The translations under genes and the position numbers were made by a program. Source: Polyangia bacterium (GTDB taxonomy: Bacteria > Myxococcota_A > Polyangia > Polyangiales > JAUICN01). Taken from it: 64,000 bases of DNA. Below, in pieces: positions 26,701 to 35,071 of the stretch. The stretch's first letter is position 1. The number at the start of each line of letters is the position of its first letter. A model generated the notes under the pieces. That model was not told where the DNA came from. It saw nothing but the letters and a program-made list of their open reading frames with translations, and ran no database searches. The stretch lies in NCBI GenBank assembly GCA_030427835.1, contig JAUICN010000001.1:81929-145928 (forward strand). Direction: 5' to 3'.

Positions 26701-27271
26701 CCGGAGGTCTGGTGAGATTCGGGGGACCTACCGGCGCAACAACCAATGGGTGGCCCCGTTTACCATCGCCGGCAACGGTGTGGACCGCCCGATCTTGGAA
26801 TCCTACCAACGGGTGGGGTTTGATATTGCTCCCAATGGAAACTGGCACGTGGCCTATGCCCAGGCGTTTGAACTTCACCACGTGAAAGTCGCCTTTTCCG
26901 CAAGCGGCATGGTACGGACCCATGAACGGGTGGATCACGGATGGCTCGGTGGAGAACCGCGCGCCATGGCCGATGGTCGCCACCGCCTTGGTGAGGCGGT
27001 TGTGAAGGTATCCCAAGCTGAGGTGCGGATTGCGTTCCAGGACCGGACGGCCGTGCACCTGATGACTGCAACCAAGCCGATTGGCCCCGCCCTTCGCACC
27101 CCCGGCAGTGAAGATGCCCTGGGCTGGAAGATAGAAATGACCGACGAGATGGGCAGCACAGGGTTCCACCCGGTGCTCGTGCCCGCGGGCGAGGGTATCC
27201 TTGGCTGGAACACAGTCACGTTCTGGAGAAACCAGAATACGGAGCCTTCGAGCGGTATTCGGGTTCACTAG
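23768..27271 (+). CDS. composite exported protein: lipoprotein module 1 ending in an internal MYXO-CTERM-like tail, then lipoprotein-signal module 2 with beta-propeller-like repeats, all in one frame
   Basis: Start set at MGSLLGSVLLTGLGISVAGC (lipobox). Internal GGCNVSSTSPGETLGWMAGVFVLLGLGRRRRS at 25682-25777. Second signal peptide plus lipobox MSLLAVVLITSAFGCKK from 25826. No in-frame stop between them. See findings. Confidence 0.55.
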   Translation: MGSLLGSVLLTGLGISVAGCTPTESSDSSSSTISFSAEDFPKEERVSHGVQLRMASHLWDRLEADYDELLPGILKNLHETNVSKSAQAGTRPTILRVTDNSLDIRVPRTAFTDGVVLCTKGSDSSKEGSCSLHVGIRSFEVNPVGNHRIQLILETDIETRDLDGVPTSWSFRQPAANSCNLSADSDDGDHEGVAIEIEIDLKEETHAGSRQGLTAMHIAHVGFGSEADNKDLENKDIKVGPWTKPGCLIAGLLKGKLLNVLEKNATSLATPFACETPNDAGQCPDGTFAVSDGAKGPICRYENRVDAECVPTVFQFGGQGDVGTAAYSSASPFTNAWGKFMFAATGAASTNQGGISLSMGGGFVSSDSDLSENLGHHECVPVLPKPERPTVPLANAFLSNMDPTGNPTYLSLGLSESMLNYGAYHLFDSGFFCLEFGPEMAGLSTDAMSASVPSMKTIGFPKKSVPLSVVLRPQRPPAFVIGTEEEDPTLTITFPALELDFYGLVSEAQVKILTYHADLSIGVDFEVSEGVLMPILKSVSATKDRVVHVALITDSTMKILTGLRSLFATVPTIAGALIPPIPLPEVFGLRPGLSETTLVMGVEEQGERWFGVFASLGTPPPLPEPDPYATTEPEDAMMGGCNVSSTSPGETLGWMAGVFVLLGLGRRRRSELRRLSNRKTISRASLMSLLAVVLITSAFGCKKSNPSTETAKQLDPGILGTHLDAVRAPSGEIVLSGYSPGVPPIRRYGDLVVGVVEGDETRWEIVDGVPSSNEPATPGWRGGNGTPGDDVGEWTSIGRHGDTYYVSYYDSTNGALKVAKGHPHLGKSQGQWNIQVVDEQGDSGRYSSLAVTASGLPQIAYLSVLPPADGEKPTSALRVASMDEGGAWSRATVGEHEMNCHPDFCGEGQRCLAAGECIVPTDDCGDATADAPERVACYGGVFREAVLDSEPKLAPVAFGVYPKLVAAGAEDLGLVFLDRRSGEIRGTYRRNNQWVAPFTIAGNGVDRPILESYQRVGFDIAPNGNWHVAYAQAFELHHVKVAFSASGMVRTHERVDHGWLGGEPRAMADGRHRLGEAVVKVSQAEVRIAFQDRTAVHLMTATKPIGPALRTPGSEDALGWKIEMTDEMGSTGFHPVLVPAGEGILGWNTVTFWRNQNTEPSSGIRVH

Positions 27272-27335
27272 GTCCGTTTATCGTTGGGCCCGTCCGTCAC
27301 TAGACCGGTCTAGCGGGACGCTCTAGCTGGGCGCT

Positions 27336-27578
27336 CTAGTTGTTGACTGCGGTCTGTAACGCCTGCTGTGCGGGTGCAATGGTAGCGGTACGGGTTCCCA
27401 CAACCACGTTGAGGAGTTCCTGTTGATTCAGGAGGCCAGCCTCGAGTGCGGCCTTCATGTATCCGTCGGCGTAGCCGCGAAGTTGTGCAAACTTGGCGCC
27501 CTGTTCGCCGCCGAACCGGGCCTCGTCCATCTCTTGAACCAGTTGCCGCACACGTTGAATCACATTCTGCTTGTCCAT
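27336..27578 (-). CDS. small hypothetical protein (80 aa)
   Basis: Clean helical-looking ORF (MDKQNVIQRVRQLVQEMDEARFGG...) between tRNA-Leu and the convergent lipoprotein gene. No motif recognised. Confidence 0.4.
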   Translation of the reverse strand: MDKQNVIQRVRQLVQEMDEARFGGEQGAKFAQLRGYADGYMKAALEAGLLNQQELLNVVVGTRTATIAPAQQALQTAVNN

Positions 27579-27644
27579 ATCACCCTCCAGGTGCTTGATG
27601 CACCACTTGGAAGGTTGAGGTCAACAAACTGACATTCAGTTCAG

Positions 27645-27726
27645 TGCCGAGGGCGGGACTCGAACCCGCATGTGTTGCCACGGGCGATTTTAAGTCGCCT
27701 GCGTATACCTATTCCGCCACCCCGGC
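27645..27726 (-). tRNA. tRNA-Leu (anticodon UAA), type II with long variable arm; CCA not encoded
   Basis: Reverse complement reads GCCGGGG-TG-GCGG...CGC-A-GGCGA-CTTAAAA-TCGCC-CGTGGCAACACAT-GCGGG-TTCGAGT-CCCGC-CCTCGGC-A. It has a 7-bp acceptor stem with one G-U pair, a 5-bp anticodon stem, a loop CU-UAA-AA, a 13-nt variable arm and a canonical T-loop. Confidence 0.85.
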
Positions 27727-27842
27727 ATGGGGCCAAAGCTAGCAGGAAGTTCGCTTGCAGGTAGTGGCGGATGGGTAGCGTTGGGCGGAATCCCAACCCG
27801 ACCCCCGTTGCAGTGGGGTGACTACCGTGGTAGCCGCCGTCC

Positions 27843-30683
27843 ATGGGAACGTTGAACTGGAAATACGGGTTGGCCATTGGTGTAGCCCTTGCGGCCGTGT
27901 TGGGGATCCCCTGGTTCAGCTCACTGTGGGTGGAGTACCAGTGGTTTGGTTCCCTAGGCTTTTCTGAGGTTTTCCAAACCCAGCTCTGGACCCGCATGGG
28001 CCTGTTTGTGGTTGGTGGCTTGGTCGCGGGTGTTTGCGTCTTTGCCTCCACCACATTGGCGCTTCGGCTGAGCCGTCGTTCTGGTGGGTGGATCCTGCGG
28101 GATCCCACGGGGGTGGCACGCATGAACCTGGGGCCCCTGGCGGGCCGACTTCGGATTGTGGCAAGCGCTCTGGTATTTCTGGTGGGCGCCACGGCGGTTT
28201 CCCAATGGTGGAACACCTGGCTGCTCTACTCCCACAGGACACCGTTCGGAGTGAGCGACCCCATCCTAGGCAACGACGTTGGGTTCTACATGTTCTCCCT
28301 GCCCTTGCTGGAAAAGGTTGCGGGCTTTGCCCTGACGCTTGTGGTGGCAACGCTTGTACTGACCGCGGGAACCTACGCTGCGCGGGGGGCTGTTGGTGTG
28401 CGCGGCAACCGACTGCATGTTGAAAAGCCAGCTCGCGTACACGTATTTGTTCTTGGGGCTGTGGTGATGTCCCTGCTGGGCGTGCGGGCATGGCTGTCAC
28501 GGTACGGATTGCTATTTTCCACGCAGGGGCCCGTGTTTGGCGCGAGCTACTCGGATGTGAACGCGACTCTTCCGGCACTTCTGGGCCAGGTTGTGGCAGC
28601 TCTGCTGGCCGCGGGTGTGCTCGTTGTGGCGGGCCTACGGGAAAGCAACCGACTGGCTGTGGGAGCTGTGGCAGTGTTTGCCGTGGCCGAGGTGCTGGCG
28701 GTTCAGATGTACCCGAACTTCGTGCACCGCTTTACGGTGGCTCCGAACGAAGCCCAGAAAGAAGCGCCCTATATCGGCCACAATATCGCGGCCACGCGCC
28801 ATGCCTACGGGCTTGACCAGGTGTTGGAACGTGAACTCACGGGACAGACCGGGCTTACCCACGAGGACATTGAAAACAACCGTGGAACCCTTGAGAATGT
28901 TCGCCTTTGGGACCACCAGCCCCTGCTCGAGACCTTTGGGCAGATTCAAGAGATTCGGACCTATTACGAGTTTGCGGCGGTGGACAACGATCGATACATG
29001 ATCGACGGCCGACTGCGACAAACCATGCTCTCTCCACGGGAACTCGCCTCCGATAGCTTGCCCAATCGAACCTGGATCAACGAACGATTCACGTTCACCC
29101 ATGGCTACGGGATCACCCTAGGACCCGTGAACGGCGCCACCGAAGAGGGCCTTCCTCGGTTGCTTATTCAAGATATTCCGCCGGAGTCCTCCATCGACCT
29201 CAAGGTGACCCGCCCGGGGATCTACTTTGGGGAACTGCTCAATGACCATGTGTTCGTGGGGACCGGGACCCGTGAGTTCGACTACCCCTCCGGTGAAGGA
29301 AACGTCTACACCGCGTACGATGGCAAGGCCGGTGTTTCCATTTCACCGCTGCTTACCCGTGTGGCCGTGGCGCTCCAGCTGAACTCCCTAAAGCTGCTGC
29401 TCTCCAACGACATTACGGAGCAGAGCCGTGTGTTGCTCCACCGGAGAATTCGGGATCGGGTAACCACACTTGCACCTTTTTTCTCCTACGACCGCGATCC
29501 CTACATGGTGGTTCGCGACAACGGAACTCTGGCGTGGATCATGGACGGGTATACCGTGAGTCGGCGCTACCCCTACTCCCAGCCCATGCGCCGTTCGCTG
29601 AACTATATTCGGAACTCCGTGAAGGTGGTGATCGATGCCTACGATGGCACCACAACCTATTACTCCGCAGACGATCAAGACCCCATTCTCGCCACCTGGC
29701 GCAAGGTGTTCCCGAACCTTGTGAGGCCCCTGTCTGAGATGCCCAAGGATATTGAACGGCACTTGCGTTACCCCGAGGACCTGTTTCAGATCCAGGCACA
29801 ACAGTTTTCGACGTACCACATGAAGAGGCCAGAGCTTCTGTACAATCGGGAAGATCAGTGGGAAGTCCCTGCGCTACGCAGTGCCGCTGGAACCGGACCC
29901 GTAGCCCCGTACTACACGGTGATGCGCCTTCCTGGCGAATCCAAGGAAGAGTACATTTTGATGCTTCCTTTTACCCCGAAGAGCAAAGACAACCTGGCAG
30001 CCTGGATGGTCGCTCGCATGGACGGTGAACACCGAGGGCAAATGGTGGTCTACCAGTTTCCCAAGGATCGCCTGGTGTACGGCCCCCAACAGATTCTCAA
30101 CCGCATCAACCAGGATGCGGACATCTCTCGTCAAATATCGCTTTGGGATCAACGGGGATCGGAGGCGATTTTGGGCACGCTGCTTGTGATCCCCATCGAA
30201 AAGTCACTGGTGTATGTATGCCCGCTGTACCTTCGATCTTCCGGGGGTCGCATTCCTGAGCTCAAACGCGTGATCGTGGTGCACGAAAACCAAATCGCCA
30301 TGGACACGACTCTTGAGGGTGCGATCCATATCCTGTTTCCGAAGGCCAGGAACACACCCACGGACCCGACGGACACCACGGTCTCCGCGGCGGAAGGGTC
30401 GCAGTCTCCCACGGAAGCCTCGGAAACGGGGGTGGGCACACCTGTACGTGGCCCCTGGGATGAGGCCATGGACCGGATTGTCCGGGCCCATCAGGAAACG
30501 AAAGACGCCCTCAAACAGGAGGACTGGAAGCGTTATGGGATTGCCATGGCCGAGCTCCGGGATGCGATTGAGAGCATAGAAAACGGTGCTGGAACGCTGA
30601 ACGGCGCCGCGAATGGTGTCCGTTCCGAATTGGGGACCCACGGCCAGCCTGGGGCCGAACCCCGAACGCAAGACTCTCCGTAG
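27843..30683 (+). CDS. UPF0182-family large membrane protein
   Basis: About 946 aa. N-terminal multi-TM region beginning WVEYQWFGSLGFSEVFQTQLWTRMGLF. Large soluble region with YIGHNIAATRHAYGL, VRLWD, EIRTYYEF, FTHGYG and ISLWDQRGS blocks, typical of this family as I recall it. Confidence 0.75.
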   Translation: MGTLNWKYGLAIGVALAAVLGIPWFSSLWVEYQWFGSLGFSEVFQTQLWTRMGLFVVGGLVAGVCVFASTTLALRLSRRSGGWILRDPTGVARMNLGPLAGRLRIVASALVFLVGATAVSQWWNTWLLYSHRTPFGVSDPILGNDVGFYMFSLPLLEKVAGFALTLVVATLVLTAGTYAARGAVGVRGNRLHVEKPARVHVFVLGAVVMSLLGVRAWLSRYGLLFSTQGPVFGASYSDVNATLPALLGQVVAALLAAGVLVVAGLRESNRLAVGAVAVFAVAEVLAVQMYPNFVHRFTVAPNEAQKEAPYIGHNIAATRHAYGLDQVLERELTGQTGLTHEDIENNRGTLENVRLWDHQPLLETFGQIQEIRTYYEFAAVDNDRYMIDGRLRQTMLSPRELASDSLPNRTWINERFTFTHGYGITLGPVNGATEEGLPRLLIQDIPPESSIDLKVTRPGIYFGELLNDHVFVGTGTREFDYPSGEGNVYTAYDGKAGVSISPLLTRVAVALQLNSLKLLLSNDITEQSRVLLHRRIRDRVTTLAPFFSYDRDPYMVVRDNGTLAWIMDGYTVSRRYPYSQPMRRSLNYIRNSVKVVIDAYDGTTTYYSADDQDPILATWRKVFPNLVRPLSEMPKDIERHLRYPEDLFQIQAQQFSTYHMKRPELLYNREDQWEVPALRSAAGTGPVAPYYTVMRLPGESKEEYILMLPFTPKSKDNLAAWMVARMDGEHRGQMVVYQFPKDRLVYGPQQILNRINQDADISRQISLWDQRGSEAILGTLLVIPIEKSLVYVCPLYLRSSGGRIPELKRVIVVHENQIAMDTTLEGAIHILFPKARNTPTDPTDTTVSAAEGSQSPTEASETGVGTPVRGPWDEAMDRIVRAHQETKDALKQEDWKRYGIAMAELRDAIESIENGAGTLNGAANGVRSELGTHGQPGAEPRTQDSP

Positions 30684-30761
30684 ACCCTGGGCTGCACCGA
30701 ACTACCGGGCAAGACTATTGAATGGTAGGGTGACAGCCCTGCCAGGATCGGGCGGCTTGCT

Positions 30762-31199
30762 ATGGAAATGAATGAACTGCAAAGGTTACTTGAGGACGCG
30801 GGGGTTGAGATCTACCAGGTGAAAGAGGGGGAGCTGGAGATCGCAGAACGGGTTCGCTACCACATGATGGATTCGGGTTTGCGCATCCGAATGGACGAGC
30901 AGCTTGCTCTTATTTTTTCCGTGCGCTCCCAACAGTCGGACCGGCCGTCGGCCTCCTCCGAAACTCTATTTTCTGCGGTTCGTGACAAGGTGAGCGCGGA
31001 TACCACAGCGCGGGGCTACCAGGAGGTGGCTTCAGAGCGTGTGGAGGCGAAGGATCCCATGGACGCCAGCCGCGTGTTGGACGTGTGGCATGAGATTACC
31101 TTTGCAAAAACGTTTCCCAAATCCAACGATTCCGTGCCTTCGCTCATCGAAGATGTGCGTTGGGCACTATCGATTGAGAAGTACGTGACCGCTAGCTGA
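30762..31199 (+). CDS. hypothetical protein (145 aa)
   Basis: ORF with protein-like composition in a gap not covered by any other gene. No motif recognised. Confidence 0.4.
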   Translation: MEMNELQRLLEDAGVEIYQVKEGELEIAERVRYHMMDSGLRIRMDEQLALIFSVRSQQSDRPSASSETLFSAVRDKVSADTTARGYQEVASERVEAKDPMDASRVLDVWHEITFAKTFPKSNDSVPSLIEDVRWALSIEKYVTAS

Positions 31200-31217
31200 C
31201 CGGTTGGATGAGTTCCA

Positions 31218-31553
31218 TCAGGCCTGGATGGCGTCGTCTGCCATCTCAGGGCCGAGGTGAGAGTCCAGGGAACGGCCGTCCAGCGAATGGCCGTCCAGCG
31301 CATGTTTGGCCGTCGGTGCTTCTTCGTCGACGGAAGCCCCAAGGGCCGCCGCAATCCGCAGAACGGATTCCGCAAAGTGACCGTGGGGCCCCTCCTTCAA
31401 CTCGAACTTTACCGATTCCCCCTCGTTCAAGGTGCGAAAGCCATCGCCGGCAATCTGAGAATAGTGGACGAATACGTCCGCTCCGCCAGCTTCAGGCCGA
31501 ATGAACCCAAAACCCTTGGCGTTATTGAACCACTTGACTTGTCCCGTGGCCAT
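31218..31553 (-). CDS. cold-shock domain protein with a 45-aa C-terminal extension
   Basis: [52 protein letters not shown]1 is KGFGFI and RNP2-like is VFVHY. It is followed by a non-CSD tail containing a duplicated 15-nt unit. Confidence 0.85.
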   Translation of the reverse strand: MATGQVKWFNNAKGFGFIRPEAGGADVFVHYSQIAGDGFRTLNEGESVKFELKEGPHGHFAESVLRIAAALGASVDEEAPTAKHALDGHSLDGRSLDSHLGPEMADDAIQA

Positions 31554-31730
31554 GGACCCCCCTTTTTTTACCCCGCGTTCACGGGACTACAACATTTCGA
31601 GGATTCCCCCGAACCCCATCCAACCCTCACCGGACAGGGCCGGTAATCTAGGACCTGAATGCCCCACGTTCAACCCATTTTTTCTTCTTTTCCCACTCAA
31701 ATGCCCACAGTTGGTGCTAACGCTTTGGAA

Positions 31731-32369
31731 TCATGGGCTTAGATATTTGCGTTCCCACTGGGTGGACGCGCCTTCGGTTGGACGGATGAAGAGCAATCTT
31801 TGGTGCAGGCGAGATTTCCCCTCTCGCCACAGCTCGACTCGCTGGGGAGTCAATAAATAGCCACCCCAAAATGGGGGCCGCGGGGGGCTGCTGCCCGCCA
31901 TTCGACGTGTCATGTGCTCCACCTGCTGCCCCAGGTGCTCCTTGGATGGGATGGCGTCACTCTGAACCGACGCCCATGCGCCGATCTGGCTTCCTTCGGG
32001 GCGGGCACTGAAATAGGCGTCCGAATCCCGGTCGGGAAGCACACTCACGGAACCCTCCACGCACACCTGTTCGCCCAGTGTGTTCCAATGCCAGGATAGG
32101 GCCGCGTGGGGGCACGCCGCCAGTTGCTTGGCCTTGCGGCTACCGTAGTGGGTGAAAAACGGGAACCCGTGCTCTCGTACATCTTTGATGAGAACGTGCC
32201 GAACACTGGGGCGCCCCGAGGAAGAGACGGTCGCTAAGCTTGCTTTGGTTCCGGCAAAGGGTTCCCCGGCCTCGGCGGCCCGGGCGAGCGCATCTCGAAC
32301 GAACACCAGTGGATCCGTAATTTCGGAAAGGTCCCTCGGTGTGGTGTCAATGGGTGTGTTTGTGACCAT
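31731..32369 (-). CDS. pdxH: pyridoxamine 5'-phosphate oxidase
   Basis: SSGRPSVRHVLIKDV..GFPFFTHYGSRKAKQL, YFSARPEGSQIGAWAS.QS, PPFWGGYLL.P..VELW.....RLHQR. Confidence 0.8.
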   Translation of the reverse strand: MVTNTPIDTTPRDLSEITDPLVFVRDALARAAEAGEPFAGTKASLATVSSSGRPSVRHVLIKDVREHGFPFFTHYGSRKAKQLAACPHAALSWHWNTLGEQVCVEGSVSVLPDRDSDAYFSARPEGSQIGAWASVQSDAIPSKEHLGQQVEHMTRRMAGSSPPRPPFWGGYLLTPQRVELWREGKSRLHQRLLFIRPTEGASTQWERKYLSP

Positions 32370-32492
32370 GGCGCTGCAAAGTCTAGGCGTAGTATGAAAA
32401 TCGGCTACCCTTCGGGTGCTCTGAAGCCGTGCTTTTGGGCTGGCACCGTCTGCCGAACTGAATAGGAAGTACCTCTGACACGCCCTAGACCC

Positions 32493-33755
32493 ATGTTTTT
32501 TCCTGGAACGGGACCACGCTGTGCCCAGCGGAGTATCCGCACTTTTTCGCGGGTTCCCTTGCAGGTGCTTTTACGGGTCCTTTTGCTGGCGCTTTTGTTG
32601 GCGTCTTTTCCGGGAACCGGAATGGCGGACGGGAAGGAGACCCCTGCGAGCTCGCCTGCGCCCTTGGCCCATTTTCACCAGGCCCTGGGATCTCTCGGAA
32701 CCGGTGAGGGCAAGGTTCGGATCGTGGTGTACACGGACTCCGTCAACGCGTCGGACCGGGTCACCAGCGCCCTGCGACACCGGTTGCAATCCCGTTTTGG
32801 CAACGGTGGCAAGGGCTGGGTTCCCCTCACTCCGGGTTGGACCTACCAAAAGCACCAGGACGTGCGCTGGGAAACCTCGGGTGCCTGGAAGACCTGGGTT
32901 GTGAATCGCAGGCGGGGGCCCATGGGCCGGTACGGATTGGGGGGGGTGGTTTCTGAAAGCAGGGCTCCTGGGGCCCAGGCGCTATTTCAGGCCCGCGAAC
33001 CACAACGGCAGGGAAGCACTGCGGGTTCCCTATTTCAGCTGTACTACCAACAGAGGCCCGGCGGGGGTGACGCCAACGTGTCCTGGGAGGACGGGACGAC
33101 CCACACCCTCACGGGGCACGCCGACCGCGTGCAAGATGTGGTGTTCTCCCAGCCCATGCCCGGGGGATGGGGGCTGGTGACGGTGACTGCCACACAGAAG
33201 GGTTTTCGGGCCTATGGGGTGGTGATGGAACGGGCACAGGGCGTGGTGGTGGACAGCATGATGTTGGTGGGTGCGTTCACGCGGGTGCTCTCCCACTTTG
33301 ATCGAACCCACTGGCAACGGCAGGTTGCACTGCGACAGCCCGATTTGTTGATGTTCTGGCTAGGCGGCAACGACGCCATTTCTCGCACCACGGGGTTCTC
33401 AACGGATTCCTACGTGGGCGTGTACCGAGATGCGATTCGTACGGCGCGATCCGGTAGGCCCGGGGCCTCCTGCGCGGTGGTATCGGTGTTGGACTCGGGC
33501 CAGCTGGTGGATGGCCGCCCCCAGTCCGTGGCTCGAATTCCCATTGTGGTACGTGCCCAAAAGCGGGTTGCCGAGGAAACGGAATGCGCATTTATCAACC
33601 TGTACGAGCTTGAGGGAGGCCGCGGTACGGCCCTACGATGGCGCGCCCGTTCCCCCCACTGGATCGAGCCGGACTACCATCACCTTACTCGGGCCGGCGC
33701 CACCCATGTGGGGCACCGGTTGGCTGAACAACTCTTGCGCGGAAGTGGTTTGTAA
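32493..33755 (+). CDS. exported SGNH/GDSL-family hydrolase (paralog 1)
   Basis: Signal peptide. SGNH block I variant VVYTDSV, block III FWLGGNDA, block V EPDYHHLT. Confidence 0.6.
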   Translation: MFFPGTGPRCAQRSIRTFSRVPLQVLLRVLLLALLLASFPGTGMADGKETPASSPAPLAHFHQALGSLGTGEGKVRIVVYTDSVNASDRVTSALRHRLQSRFGNGGKGWVPLTPGWTYQKHQDVRWETSGAWKTWVVNRRRGPMGRYGLGGVVSESRAPGAQALFQAREPQRQGSTAGSLFQLYYQQRPGGGDANVSWEDGTTHTLTGHADRVQDVVFSQPMPGGWGLVTVTATQKGFRAYGVVMERAQGVVVDSMMLVGAFTRVLSHFDRTHWQRQVALRQPDLLMFWLGGNDAISRTTGFSTDSYVGVYRDAIRTARSGRPGASCAVVSVLDSGQLVDGRPQSVARIPIVVRAQKRVAEETECAFINLYELEGGRGTALRWRARSPHWIEPDYHHLTRAGATHVGHRLAEQLLRGSGL

Positions 33756-33758
33756 GGG

Positions 33759-35048
33759 GTGCGTGGCCCCGTGGTGCGGCTAGGCATGGTTGTTGCGTCG
33801 CTCGCGTTTGCCTGGACGGGCAGGGCGCAACCAAGGCATCGAACTCCAGAGTCGCACCTACGGATTGCAGAAGTTGCCGTGGAGTACCCCGAGCATCTAG
33901 TGCAATTTCGAAGGGCCTGTTCCGATCTTCGCGCCGGAAAACGAAGCCACGCCCGTGTACTCCATTTTGGCGACAGCAATGTTGCCGCGGGTGTTTGGCC
34001 TGCTCGCGTAGCCGCAGTTCTAAAATCTTCCTACGGAAACGGAGGACCTGGGTACCTGTTGCCCTACCCTGCCGGCAGCTATCGGCCGACGGGTGACTTT
34101 CAGTCCGGGATCAAAACACCATCCGCGGGACCTGGAATAGACGTTTTCGATCGGGTCCATTGGGGCGGGGTGGACCATTGGCGTATCCTGCGCCGAGGGC
34201 ACAGGGAACGTTGGGGACCCCAGGATGGGCATTGGGGGTTGGGGGGGGTCGCGCTCGCCCCAGGCTTGCCGGCAACCAACGGGAAAAACGCAAAAACGCC
34301 GGCGACCCAGCCCCTGACGCTGTGGACTTCTGCACCGGACCTGCAGCTGACGGTGCACAGTTGGTCACCCCACCGGGGCGAACGTTTGCCGGTGTACGTG
34401 GAACACCGAAGCCCAAGCCAGGTTCTACGCAGCGGAGGATCGCTTGTGGTGCAACCGTACGGCCACGTGGGGACGGAGAGGCTGAACCTACGGGCTCGCC
34501 CAAACAACAGGCTTCTGGGAGTCGTTCTAGAGCGCTCCCGGGGGGTGGTTTACGATGTACTCGGAGTGAACGGGCGCAGGGCGAGTGCGTTGCTTTCGGA
34601 GGACCGGGTTCTTTGGAGCTCCCAGGTGGCCCAACGGCAACCCGATCTGGTAATACTCGGCTTTGGTGGCAATGAAACCCTGGACGAGCATCTTTCGCCA
34701 AAACACTTTGCATCCCAGCTCACTCGCACGCTGGAGATGGTGCGTGGGGCAGCGCCTGAAGCGAGCTGCATGGTACTGGCACCTGTGGCCATGTGTGAAC
34801 GCCCACGCCTGGGGCCCATGGTGGAGGTACAAAGGACTGCGGCCCAGGCCCACGGGTGCGCTTTTTGGGACACCACCCGGGTGAGCGGGGGCCTGAACTC
34901 ATTGTGCGAGTGGCAGGGGCGAGGCCTGGTTTCTTCCGACGGCTTGCACCTCACCCCGGAGGGTTATGGGGTGGTGGGCGACTCCATGGCGGCCGCAGTT
35001 CTTTCAGTGCTAGATCCGAAACCAACCGGCGGGTTTGATTCACCCTAG
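33759..35048 (+). CDS. exported SGNH/GDSL-family hydrolase (paralog 2)
   Basis: Signal peptide. Block I HFGDSNV, block III LGFGGNE, block V SSDGLHLT. Starts 3 nt after paralog 1. Confidence 0.65.
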   Translation: MRGPVVRLGMVVASLAFAWTGRAQPRHRTPESHLRIAEVAVEYPEHLVQFRRACSDLRAGKRSHARVLHFGDSNVAAGVWPARVAAVLKSSYGNGGPGYLLPYPAGSYRPTGDFQSGIKTPSAGPGIDVFDRVHWGGVDHWRILRRGHRERWGPQDGHWGLGGVALAPGLPATNGKNAKTPATQPLTLWTSAPDLQLTVHSWSPHRGERLPVYVEHRSPSQVLRSGGSLVVQPYGHVGTERLNLRARPNNRLLGVVLERSRGVVYDVLGVNGRRASALLSEDRVLWSSQVAQRQPDLVILGFGGNETLDEHLSPKHFASQLTRTLEMVRGAAPEASCMVLAPVAMCERPRLGPMVEVQRTAAQAHGCAFWDTTRVSGGLNSLCEWQGRGLVSSDGLHLTPEGYGVVGDSMAAAVLSVLDPKPTGGFDSP

Positions 35049-35071
35049 GTCCTGCTAGTCTACTGGCTTCC

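Noticed and set aside
27579-27842. tRNA-Leu considered as the anchor of a genomic island.
   Set aside because: I found no direct repeat of the tRNA 3' end elsewhere in the window and no integrase next to it. Flanking genes (UPF0182, lipoproteins) do not look mobile. This was judged by eye and not verified computationally.
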